Of a DNA stretch of 64,000 nt, positions 42,233 through 54,699 are shown one piece after another. Position numbers and translations under genes: made by a program. The stretch is from Piromyces finnis finn. Taxonomy: Eukaryota > Fungi > Neocallimastigomycota. The stretch covers positions 682,001-746,000 of the forward strand of contig MCFH01000003.1 of the NCBI GenBank assembly GCA_002104945.1, in the 5' to 3' direction. Below the pieces are notes generated by a model. The model did not search any database. It was not told the DNA's origin and saw only the letters and a program-made list of their open reading frames with translations. How positions within the stretch are numbered: the first letter of the stretch is position 1; each line of letters opens with the position of its first letter.

Positions 42233-43441
42233 TTCATAAATATAATAAAGACTATTTTATATTTTATTTTATTTATTTTTATTTTTTTAATTATAACTTT
42301 AATTAGTATTAATATGCATTTTTAAAAAAAAAAAATTTTTTTTTTATTTACTTTTATTTTTATTATTAGTAGTACTAATTAACACCAACAATAATAAATT
42401 TTAAATAAATGCTCTTTTTTTTTTTTTTATTATTATTATTTCTTTTTTTTTCCTTTCATGTTTTCATATAATCATTCCATATTATCAAGTAGTTATAATA
42501 TCAATCTTTTTTTTTTTTTTTTTTTATTCATGGATGGTATATCATCAACATAAAAAAAAAAAATCTCAATATTTTTTCTTTAAATTTTTTTTTTTTTTAT
42601 TATTATTATAAATATTATATATATAAAAATTCATATATGTAAAATCATAAAATTACTTAAATAATAATATATATTTAACAAAGAATACTAAATAAATATT
42701 AAATACTGAAAATTCATTATTATTATTATTATTATTATTTTTTTTTTTTTATATATATACCATATAATATTTATAGTGTAGGTGTAATCAAATTTTCATT
42801 TATAAAATAAACTTATTATTTTATTATTATATAAAAAAAGTTAACAATTTCTTAAGAAGGTATAATAATAAAAGAGGTAATATATACTCAAATTTAAGCT
42901 AATATTTCTGTAGACTGGTTATAGATTAAAATAAAAAAAAAAAAAAAAGATTTTGGATTGATTTTGATGTTCATATGGTCCATCAGTTCAAAAAACTTTA
43001 AAAGTATTATAATAATTATAATTTAATTTTTTGTAGGACAAAGATACCTAATTAAAAAAAAAAAATAATAAAAACAAAAACAAAATATATTCAAATTAAA
43101 ATAATCTACAAGGTATGTATTATTATTAAAAAAACTTTATTAACTTTTATAAACGAAAAATAATCATCATTATCTTTAAATGGGATAAAAATTAAGAAAA
43201 AAAAAAGTTAAATAAATTAAAATATATTTTTCGAAGCAATGAATACAGATAATATTTTTATTTTTTAAATTTTAAATTTTATTTATATTATATTATATTA
43301 TATTTTATAATTTTATTTAATTCATTTTTAATTTTCATTTAAAAAACAATTATTTAATGATTTCTAATATTTAAGATTATAATATTTAAAATATATATTT
43401 TTTTATTCTCTTTAATATATTGTTTACTACTGTATTAAAAT

Positions 43442-45550
43442 TTAATTTATTATAGTACTGTGAATTATTTTAACGGTTTTAGTAATAGTTTTAATTTCAT
43501 TTGTTGTGGTGGCAGTGATTACGACTAAATCATCTTCCTCTTCAGAATCACTTTCATTAATATCATCAATAGATGTTGGTTCTTCAACTTCATGAACTTC
43601 ATCATCAGAAATATATTCTACTTCAATTGGTGTTGGTTCGATACTAAAATTAGTTTAGGTTGCAATAAATGAATCAGAATTAGTTGTATTTTCAAGTTCT
43701 TGTACAACTGAATATTCTAAATTCTCATCTAAATAAATTGGATCACATTCTAATCCATAATAATTACAAACAAATCTATATTTCATAAGAATCCAATACT
43801 TTAATCCACAATATCCATAATTAGTAAATTCAGAGTAAGCATCCCATTGTCCCATTGTTCTAAAGAAAAGTTTACATCAACACCAACAGTATTGATATTA
43901 CCTGGATAATTACCATTAGTATCTGGTATTTTATCTAATATAACATATGGTTTAATATATTTTTTAATTTCATCAATATATGGATAAAGTGTTGCTGGAT
44001 TAAAGACTTTACTAACAACTTCCTTTAATATTTTTTCAAATCTAGTTGAATCAGTTAACAAAAATAATTTTGTGAGATTATTATTATCTGCCTTATTGTC
44101 AAATGATGAATATAAATAAGTGTCCTCTTTTCCAAAATCATAATCAAAATCATGAGATAAATAAATCCATTTTCCATTAGGTTGTTTATACATGTAGTAA
44201 TTATGAATATTATAAATATGATTAAAGGCACCTGTTAAATAATCAATTGCCATTTCATATAAGAAATCAATTTCAAAAATATCTTCAAGATCTTCAGGTG
44301 ATTTAGCTTTTTCAACTGCTGTTAAAAATTCAATCCATTCAGAATTATTATATAATTCTTCTTTATTTTTATTAATACATCCAGAGAAATATTTTGGTGA
44401 AAAGTCATGCATTTCTTCACATTTATATAGATTTTTTGTATTTTTTTCACCATAAACCTTTTCAATCTATGATAATTTATAATCATCATTCAACGTATAT
44501 AATCCCATATATTCATCATTAATATAAAATTGAACATAGGTAGATGAAATTGACTTTAATCCTAAACGATTGTGAATATCTGAAACTAATTTTGTTCTCA
44601 CAATGGTTGGATCTTTACAATCAGCACGAGATTTAAATTGACTACGTCCATAAAGATCTTTTTTACCTCTAATTTTTATATTAAAACCTTGCTTTTTGAA
44701 TGTTCTAGAGTTATTACCACCTATCTTAAAAGTTACTTTATCAAATGATTTATATTCTCTACAAAAAAATTATATGTATGTAAATAATGAAGGTTAATAT
44801 TTAAAATAAATGATATTATATTAATTGAAATATCTACTTAAATAATTTAACTATTTATATTAATAATATTATTATAATCATTGACAATGATAATATTATT
44901 AACTTACTCATTAATTTTAAAAACCATGGTAGTATTTTTAGTTTTGAATGGGTTAAATAAATCGTAAAGATTAGCACTAGATTCAATATCAGATGGAATA
45001 CTTGAATATCTTATTAAGTTACTAAATTCTGATTCATTATGATTGTCTGATATTTCTAAGCTATCTAATACCTCTTCAATCCTAGGTATACTAAATTCTT
45101 CATTAGTTTCAATAATAATACTTAATATTTCTTGAAAACCACCATCGTCATTAAATATATCTGTAAAATTATAATTTAAGTCAAATCCATTAATTACTTC
45201 CATTTCACCATAAGTAGGAAAACCATCTTCTCCTATTTTTAATTCTGAGAGTATTTCATCAAAATTGTAACCAGGGAAAAATTCTTTGAAATTTATTTTT
45301 TAAGCCAAAAACAATAGTATATATTTCAAATTTTATTGAATTAATAATTTCTGAAGGAGGTACTGCATTTCTACTCTCCTTCATAAATGATTTTTTTTTA
45401 ATTCAACAAATTCTTTATCAGACATATATATTTTTAGATTTGGCATTGTATTATCTGCAATTTCAAATAACTCTGCCCTTTTCCCTTTATCGATGAAAGT
45501 GGACACAGTTAAGACAATGTAAACTATATATAATTTTTTTTTATTTTTTA
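43442..45550 (-). pseudogene. CotH (spore-coat kinase family) pseudogene, 2 exons, with E/T-rich tail
   Basis: CotH motifs KIGGNNSR, GFNIKIRGKKDLYGRSQFK, NDEYMGLYTL, HNYYMY, YLSHDFDYDFG. Lesions: no in-frame ATG before the signal-like segment, frameshifts at T-runs 45391-45399 and 45296-45301, in-frame TAG 44467-44469, 8-bp duplication 43843-43858, in-frame TAA 43655-43657. Confidence 0.85.
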
Positions 45551-45780
45551 ACTCAAAAAATAAGCAATGATTTAATTGGTTAGATTCAATTAATTATTGT
45601 TAAAGAATATTCCTTTAATATAACTGAATTTATATTATTTAATTAAATATAGGATAATATATCAAACAAATATTAATAAAAAAATAATTTAATACAAATG
45701 CGTGTTGAATTATTTTACTATTAATTAAGGTTTGATAAAAATTTAAAAACTTCTTTTATTAATCGTTAGTTTAAATTAAA

Positions 45781-46206
45781 ATCTGTTTTTTCAATGAAGA
45801 AGGTGTTTGTGTTATTGAACCAATAGATACTACTTCTACTACTATTATTGAACCAACTACTATTATTGAAGAAGAAGTAACTGAAGTTAAAGATGAAGAA
45901 AATACAGAAGAAGAACCTTCATTAAGTTCAGATGAAGAAGAAGCAGAAGAAGTAACACCGGTTGAAGAAGTAACAATAGTTGAAGAAGTTGAAGAAATTG
46001 ATTCAACTGATGAAAATGTTAATGAAGATGTTATTGAAGATGGAAAATCCACCGAATTAGATGAAAATGATAAAATTAAAGAAGAAATCAATTCAACTAC
46101 CATTAGACATATTACTAAAACTGTTACTGTAATGAGACAAACCATTCCATCAACTAAAAAACCAAAAAAGACCATTCGTAAATGCCGTGTTATACTCCAT
46201 CATTAA
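45781..46206 (+). pseudogene. Orphan 3' gene fragment: Glu/Thr-rich linker ending ITKTVTV...KTIRKCRVILHH*
   Basis: Open frame ICFFNEEGVCVIEP...EEEVTEV...HH* with an in-frame stop just upstream and no ATG or in-frame acceptor. Resembles the tail of the neighbouring CotH-like gene. The minus-strand ORF 45771..46175 is its antisense shadow. Confidence 0.6.
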
Positions 46207-47394
46207 AAATCACACATAATGTAGATGAATGGACGGTAAACAATATACAGAGTATACAGAAGATTCGGATTATTTGTTTACTAATTGTAATGGAAGATAT
46301 ATATATATAGTTCTTATTATTATGAGCCTTCGGATAGAGTGATGGAATAAAATTCGACCATATTAGAATGTGTATTATAACAGCAATTTTTAGTATGATG
46401 ATAATTACTATTTGTCGTTGGTATTGTTGTAATTTAGTGAAACATTACATATAAAAACGATATTGAAATTGTCACTAAAATACTAAATTAAATTATTAAT
46501 ATATTTTATATAATAATTTAATATATTAATTTTATTTTAAAAGTATTTTATTCCTTTCAACTTTATATAAAATAAATTTATGAATACTATGTAATTTTAA
46601 ATTTTTTTTAATATTTATGATTTATAAAATATTTATAAATGCATTTATAATATATTAATATCTCTGATATACTCATGATAGCAGTACTTTCGCTATAGAC
46701 GCTATAGATACTTTTTGGTAAAAATTCTTTTCCTACGAATATATTTAGAAGTATTAAAAAAAATTAGAAGATTAGGTGGCAGAACTCAAGAATTAGATAT
46801 ATGTAAGATGCATATTTATTAGCTGTTTTTTTTTCTGATTGAAAAATTAACATATTTATATCTCTTCCTAAAGCTCCCATAACATATTTAATATAAAGGT
46901 ATTTTATTATTGATAAATTTACTTAATAAATTAGAATTGAATCTATTAAAAAATATAATGTTCAAATAAATATTATTTTTCAATAAAAATAATACCTTGT
47001 TGTCCAAGCGATTTGGTCTTAATATTTTATATGTATCATTTATAAAAATAATAATATAAATCAAAAAGATGTAAGAATTAAAAATAATACATAAAATTTT
47101 ATTGCTTTTTTGAATTAATTGATTTATAAAATATTAAACTTTCAACTTTACATATATAGTAAAAAAAATTAATGCAACTTTTATTAAATATTTTTAAAAA
47201 TTCAATAAGCTTCTCTTGTTGAATAGTGTTCAAAAATAATAAAAAATTAATTTTCTAATAAATATGATTTAATTGCATATTCATAATATTTTATATTCTT
47301 CAAATACGAAAATATAAAGTTTATTAAATTAAAATAGATTTTTTTTTAAAATTTAAAGAAATAAAAATATTCATATAAAAGGTTTTAAAATTGT

Positions 47395-47620
47395 TTTATC
47401 AAAATGTATTTTTTCATACAAATTTCATTATTAGGAATAAATACTTCACTGCTGCTATAATTGTTACAGTTTATATATCCCAAAGTGTACAAGCCGAATT
47501 AGATTATTTTTTATTTTATAAAAAAATTTCAACGTCATTACCTGTAAAACCAAAATACATTGTTGTCCAGTTAGGTGATGTAATTGTAAATTCATTAAAT
47601 TCATTTTGATATATAGGTAA
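47395..47620 (-). pseudogene. Short decayed fragment of an AAA-ATPase-like/PD-(D/E)XK family gene
   Basis: Minus-strand NEFNEFTITSPNWTTMYFGFTGNDVEIFL resembles the family's F-x-I ... Y-F-G-F-T-E-x-E-V segment; downstream VFIPNNEI resembles the family IPNxE motif. Confidence 0.5.
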
Positions 47621-47789
47621 AATAAATAAATTAAATTAATTGAACTTTTAATAGAATAATAATATTATGTTATTTGTTATATTAAAAAAGTTTTAAAATA
47701 AGAAGAAAAATAAAAGGGCTGTTAATTAAATCAATATTTCTTTTTTCATTATAATGTTTTATTTATAACATTAAATTAATTATTTTATT

Positions 47790-50700
47790 TTATAATCTTC
47801 TTTTCTTTCCTGCTGATGATGAACTTTCTATTTCTCCATCATTTATTTTCATTTTAACTTCACATGTTCTTTTATATAAGGCAATACCATATTTAGTAAA
47901 ACTATTATAGCCATTAGCTCTATATTTTTCTTCATAATTTTTATTTTCAATTTGTTTAATAGCATCTTCACATTCCTTCAAAAGACAGGTTTTGATATAA
48001 TTATGATCTTCTTTCTCTTCTTCTTCATTATTTATTTCTTCATTGCATTTCGTATTTTTTTTAAAAATCCTAACTTCAATTAAAACATATTCTTTTTCTC
48101 TATTATTATAACAATTTTTAATAGGAAATCCGAAATCATATCTACCATATCCACTATTTTCTTCTGTGGTTAAATCATTACATTTAAAAAATAAAAATAT
48201 ATGCATTAATAATATCTGATAAACATTTTCATATATTTTGAATTCACCGTGCATATGATTCAAGTAATATATAGTTAATTTTTTTAAATATTCATTTATA
48301 TTTTTATAAACATTTTCAACGTCATATCCAATAAGGCCTCTAATAAAATTATCTATTGTATCATCACTTGCAATTTCTAATTTATCTTCTATAATAGGTT
48401 GTAATAAATAAATTAAATTTTCTAAAATTTCACCATTTGTAACTTTTACATATTTCTTATTATTTCCAATGATTTGATTTAACATACTGTTTTTATATAT
48501 TTTAATTTGATTTAAACTTTCATCTTTTTCAGTTGATTTGGGCTCATCTAATGATAAATTATTTACTTCAACTTTATCTAATAACAGTTTTGTCATTTGG
48601 TCATCCATATTATTTATATTTTTTTTGTAATCTTTCTCATCTGATAATGTTAAATATCCAGAATACAATAAAAGTAGTAATATTTCATCTTTATTATATT
48701 TATTTTTAAAAACAAATTCGTTGGGTACATTTAATATAATTATATTACCATAGAGTAAGCTTAGGAAATCTTTCGAAAATGGTAGTTCGTAATCTTTAAA
48801 AGTTTTTTCCATATTATATACACCTCCAGTTTTATACCAATAATCTCTATACACACAGTCTTCTTTCTTATTTTTATTAATTTAACTAAAACGCATTAAA
48901 GAAAAAGGATTATACAAATTTTTAATAATCTCTTTACCATTTGTTTTACATGTATAACCATTATATTTCTTTTGAATTTTATCATTTTGATTGTGAATGT
49001 TAAAAGCAGATAAAATTTTATTTAATTCATTTTCATTAAATCCATAGCAATCACCAAAATATGGATCATTAAGTAATGAACATTCACTAAATTTATTAAT
49101 CCCTGAAAATATGCTACTTAATCCAAGAGCTAAACATCCTGTTGTTATTCCAAAATAAAGACGCTCATTTCTTTTAAATGTATTTGAAAACAATGATTTA
49201 ATAACTTTATGCATATCATCATAGAATCCTTTTTCAAAAGAATTTATAAGAGTTTTATCATATTCATCAATTAAAATAATGCATTTTCTCTTATAAAATT
49301 TTTTTAAACATTCGCATAAAAATCTAACAGACTCTGTTAAACCTGTCTCATCTTCTTTCTGATATTCTATTTCTTTCCATTTGGTTTGTTCGTTTTTGTC
49401 TAAAATTTCGAAATCAATTTTTTCTCTTTGATATTGAAATAAATTAGATATTTCGTTTTTAAGATGTTCAATAGCAGATTCATAATTATTAGAATAATCA
49501 TTTTTAAAATTTAAATAAAGAACAGGATATTTGTGAAATTCTCTCATATTTTTTCTATTTTTAGAAACTTCTAAACCATCAAATAACTTATTTCTAAGTT
49601 TCTCTCTATTAACAGGCTTTTCAAAGAATTCTTTAATCATACTTAAATTCAAACTTTTTCCAAATCGTCTTGGCCGTACAATCAAATATACATTTCTATC
49701 ATTGTTAATAAAAGTTTGTATCATTCTAGTTTTATCAACAAAATAAAACTCATCAACATCCATATACGCTTCTCCGGAATATACTTTTTTTGGCATTTCT
49801 TTTCTTTTGAATTTCTCACCATAATTTATTTCATAAATTACATCACATTCTTCTTTATAGATAGCTATTCCATATTTAATAATTTTTTCATTCTTTTTGT
49901 TTAAACTTTTTCCATTAAATATTAATTCTTCATTATTATCCAATGCTTCATAACAACTTTTATTAAATTCAACATTTTTTAGTTTTTCTTTCATTATAAA
50001 ATAAAAAATTTCTGATGAAGTTTCATAATCAACATTATCATTTTGATACTTCTTATTAACAAATAATAATTCACGAATATTGTATTTTTCATTAAAATTA
50101 TCCTTAGTAATAATTTTATAATCGTTTTATAAACATAACAATGAATAGATAATAGCATAATAATTATCTAAAAAGCTAAATTGGTTATCATAATAGTTGA
50201 CTATATTAATTTTACTTTCAAGAAATTCTTTTATTCTTTCTTCATCATAATATTTTATAAAATAATTAATTCCATTAATTACTTCCTTATTTTTATAATA
50301 TAAATTATTTTTCCATTCAATAAACTTATCTTTAATTAATTCTTCAATAACTTTATTTCTTATTATTAATTTTTTATTATTTTCATTTTCTGTATTAATA
50401 GCAATCAGATAACCATATTCAATAAATAATGACCAAATAATTTCTCGATGATCTTTATATCCATTTTTTTTAATATGTCAAAATTTGATAATTTAGGAAT
50501 TGACTTTCTTATATATCCATTTTTTAAAAGATAATCAATATCTTTGATCAAAATAGGATCAAAATCACTAAATACTTCATTAAAAAATTCTTCTTCTTTT
50601 AAAAAAAGATTATTATACGATTCTTCTGATAAAATCATTTTTATACAATCACTCAAACAAGATATATCATAATATTTAACTTTATTACTATCATAATCAT

Positions 50701-51738
50701 AATCATCATCTTTATCATTATCAGCATTATTATTAGAAAGTGTGGGTGAAATTAAAATATTTATTTTATTTATTTTATTTGTATTACTGATATCTGTTGA
50801 ATTTAAAGATGATAATGTACTTTCAATATTATTATAAAATTTTTCAAACATTTCACTTTTATTTTTTAATTTTAATTTATCTGAAATTTTTTTCAATTCA
50901 AAATTTGTTATGCTATAATATTCAATATATTCGCTATCAAATGTAGAGTAATTTCTTGATTTAAATTCACTAAATAATTCAATATTAATTTTCCCAGTAA
51001 TGAATATTTTAAATAAATAATTATATTTATCATTATTTTCAAAAATATTTTTAAAAACATTTATGTAGAATGTATAAAACTCATCATAAAAATTTTTATT
51101 TAAAGCGTTTAATATAGGTGAATCATAGTTGTCAATTAATAATACGATTTTTTTTTCAATAAATTTTTTAAACTATTACATAAAAAACTAATTGAAACTA
51201 TTAAGTCTTTTTCATTAACATCATCATTATGTTCTTGAAAAGATTTCCATATTTTTTTATCATCTTCTAAATTAGTAATATCAATATCTTTATAGTATTC
51301 ATATAATTCTCGAATAAATCTTTTAAAATTATCAATCGTATCATTGTAATCCTTTCCAATTCGAAAAGTATTAAAATTAAGATATACCACTGGATATTTT
51401 CCTTGATAAAGATCAATATAACTTTCACCATATTTAAATTCTTTTGCTATATTTAATTCTTCAAAAAACTCTCTATTCTTTGAGACATTTTCATTTTCAT
51501 AATTCATTTTAAAAAAGTAGTTCATCATATATAAATTAATCGATTTTCCACTTGAAGGTCCAGTAATACAAAATATTGTTGCCTCATCATCTATAAATTT
51601 TTTTATTAATAAAGATTTATCAATATAAAAATAAGAACAATTAAATTTATTTATTAACTTGTATTTTGTTAATTTTCTTTTTTTCTCGGGGGATTCAGTA
51701 GAAGAATTGTGAACCTCTTCATCATTCTGACGTTTCAT
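47790..51738 (-). pseudogene. Intronless double-module AAA-ATPase-like + PD-(D/E)XK (PDDEXK_9-type) gene, ~1,315 aa when repaired; bacterial-type
   Basis: Four track ORFs join into one frame after two 1-nt homopolymer shifts (51148-51156, 50464-50471) and two in-frame TAA (50127-50129, 48882-48884). Module 2: YFVDKT, RPRRFGKSLNLSM, KYPVLYLNF, ILIDEYD, LYNPFS, YSGYLT, SGYGRYD...LIEV, YGIALY. Module 1: YIDKS, GPSSGKS, KYPVVYLNF, LLIDNYD, EYGYL, YGIAIY. Confidence 0.85.
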
Positions 51739-51857
51739 TTTTACTTTTTTTTATTTTTTTATTAGATTATTATTATTATTTTTTTTTGTTATTGTTGTTG
51801 TGTTGCTTTGATGATAAAATATAATTTTTTTATTTTTGTTGAAATAACTCATCTTAT

Positions 51858-51935
51858 ATATAAAATTTATGATAATATATGGTCACATGGCTCTATATCT
51901 GATTCAAATATAAAATTTATATAATATATGGTTAC
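51858..51935. repeat. Imperfect 28-29-bp direct repeat pair upstream of the ATPase-nuclease gene
   Basis: ATATAAAATTTATGATAATATATGGTCAC (51858-51886) and ATATAAAATTTAT-ATAATATATGGTTAC (51908-51935). Confidence 0.75.
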
Positions 51936-53142
51936 TACTTGATTTTGATATGTGATTCTTTTATGATGATGTCATTTAGTATTAGCTTGTTTTTATTTTA
52001 TCCCATTGGGTGGGTGTTAAATCTAAATCTAGTATTATTGATTATTTTCTTTTCTTATTAATAAATCACACCTCTTTAATTATTATATTTTCCTATTAAA
52101 TAATAATAAATCTTTAAAATCCTTTATATGTATTTCTTAATTATTTTGAAAACACTAATAAAAAATAATATTTTAATTTATGATGATGAAAACATTATTA
52201 GCATGTTATATACTCAATAACAACATTTCATTATATAAAGTAATTGTAATAATACAAAGTTCAATTTCTATATTTATACACTTTTATTCATCATCATCCG
52301 ATATCCGATTAAATAATTAAAACAGTAATAAATATAAAAATATATTATATATATAATATATTCATTATATCTTTAACATATAATAAATAATTATAATATA
52401 AAAAATAAATGTTATATTAATATTTACTAATATTTGAATGTATTAATTATTTAATTACATCGTTAATAAATTGTATTTATATCTTCTTTTATCTATTGAG
52501 ACATTTATATTATAAATATAATATAATATATTATATGATTATACTTTCTCTTTGCGATAATCTTTTAAATTAAATAAAGTAATTTAAAAAAAAAGATACT
52601 ATACCCTATCAATTATTATTGGTTAACATTTCTTAATTAGCCTGCTTTGTATTTAATTAAAATGAGTAAAACTAGGTGAGTAATCGTTGGAAAATCAGTT
52701 TTGAATGAAAAGCTAATCTAATACTACTACATTGACTATTTACTATATTAACTATTACTACTACTATTACTACTTCTAATAATAATAATAATAATAATAA
52801 CTTCTTAATATAATAAAAATATATTTCCTTTATAGGAATAATTATTTTAAAGTTTTATATTAAATATTTTTATAAAATATTATATTTTGTTGTCTACTAA
52901 TTTCTTTTAATAATTATATATTTTTAATGGATAAAAATTATTCTTAATATCATATTTTTATTAATTTTTTCTTTTATTTTTAATATTTGTTGTTAAAAAA
53001 TATAAATGAAATAATAAAATATTTTATTAATACATTCCTTCAATTTGATACTATTTTTTAAATAACTTTTAATAGAAAGTATTTCATTCTTTCTATTTAA
53101 AAACTCTTTTTTTTTTTCTTTCCTTTTAATACTATTATCCAC

Positions 53143-53200
53143 ATATTTATTATTATTTATTATTTATTATTTATTATTTATTATTTATTATTTATTTATT
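53143..53200. repeat. (TTATTAT)n 7-bp tandem repeat
   Basis: About 8 visible units of TATTTAT. Confidence 0.7.
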
Positions 53201-53419
53201 AATAAATTAAATATTCTTATTAATTTAAGGCAATGGATTAAACTTAACCACCACCACCATCAATTTTATTCAAAAGTTTTTTAATTACAATTTACTTTTC
53301 ATTTTAAATAGAATAATGAATAGAATAATACCATTCATAATAATTATTTAAAACATTATACATGTATATAGTGAATAAAGAAAAAATATAAATGTATATT
53401 TTAACTTTTTATTATAAAA

Positions 53420-54010
53420 ATTGAAATATTTATTAAATAAAAAAAGATTGAAAGTAAGCTTGTAAAATTTTTTGTAACTTATTATCTTTGATAATTTTAC
53501 TTATTCTATTTACACTTTCACTTTTATTCCAATAATTTTGATATACAGATTTTTTTTCTATTTTTATTCTTCTTTATTTATATTAATAAATTTATTATGG
53601 AAAAAGGATTATAAAAATTCTTAATAATATCTTTATTATCCGTATAGTATGTATACCCATCATATTTCTTTCGAATTATACTTTTATTGGTAGTCTATAT
53701 GGGTAATGTCCATTTTCAGTAAATCCATAGTAATCATTAAAAAATTGATCGTTAAGTAATGAGCATTCAAAAAAATTATTAACATCAGAATATAAGCTAT
53801 TTAATCCAAGAGTAAATATCCTGTTGTTATCCCAAAATAAAGATTGACATTTTCTATAAATGTACTTGTAAATAAATATCTAAAAATATTATACATTTTA
53901 TTATAGTATTTCTTTTCTAAAGAATTCATAAGAATTTCATCATATTCATCAATTAAGACAATGCATTTTCCTTTATAATTTTTTTTAAACATTCACATAA
54001 AAATACATTA
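53420..54010 (-). pseudogene. Decayed paralogue of ATPase-nuclease module 2
   Basis: KCIVLIDEYD, LYFGITTG, then after a non-homopolymer 1-nt deletion LGLNSLYSDVNNFFECSLLNDQFFNDYYGFTEN...KNFYNPFS and YQNYWNK, colinear with the copy at 48800-49300. Confidence 0.8.
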
Positions 54011-54699
54011 AAAGTATAAGAAGGAGCAATTAAAGATATATATAAAAATGTGTTTTTTTTATATCTTTTAAATCAAAATTATATTTAATTACTTTTTCAT
54101 TACATATTTTTTCTAAATCATTAATATGTAAAAAGTTATTCAGAATGTCATTTTTATTATTATTATATTTAATAGTATATTGATCTTTAATAAGATTATT
54201 ACAATTGATAATACTTATTCTTTCAAAAAATGAAAAGCATTCATTATTAATTATAATTTCATGGCTATTGTATAATCCTTTTTTTATAATTATCAAAATA
54301 GTTATAACTATTATAAAATAATACTTAACAAAAAAAAAAGTATATAAAACTATTAATAAAATATTATTTATTATTCATTTTGAATTCAGAGAAATATCAT
54401 ATCATCTTTTTACTTTATTTCATTTGAAATTTTAATAAATATAGGTAGATATTTCAACTGGGTTGAATATATCAATTTTTATTTCACTTTATCAACTTTA
54501 TTAATAATATAATTTTAGTTTTTATTTATTTTCTTTTTATAAATATCTATATTTATTAAAACTTTTATAATCAGTTATATTTTCCAAAAGTAAAAGTTGT
54601 AATGTATAATTAAGTATTAATAATATAAATATACCATTAAAAATTTTATTAATTAGTTTGAATCTTTGAATTTATTTTTTTTTTTGACTTTTTCTAGTA

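Noticed and set aside
46200-47050. Coding-like patches (VDEWTVNN..., LRIYLEVLKKIRRLGGRTQELD...) as a transposase relic
   Set aside because: No recognisable motif, terminal repeats or sustained frame.
47790-51738. Phase variation or programmed frameshifting at A-runs
   Set aside because: Two additional in-frame TAA codons make simple decay more parsimonious; the homopolymer shifts could also be read errors.
52662-53285. Tiny spliced ORF (MSKTR-QWIKLNHHHHQF...) using a GTGAGT donor
   Set aside because: 22 aa, no homology recognised; chance splice-like motifs.
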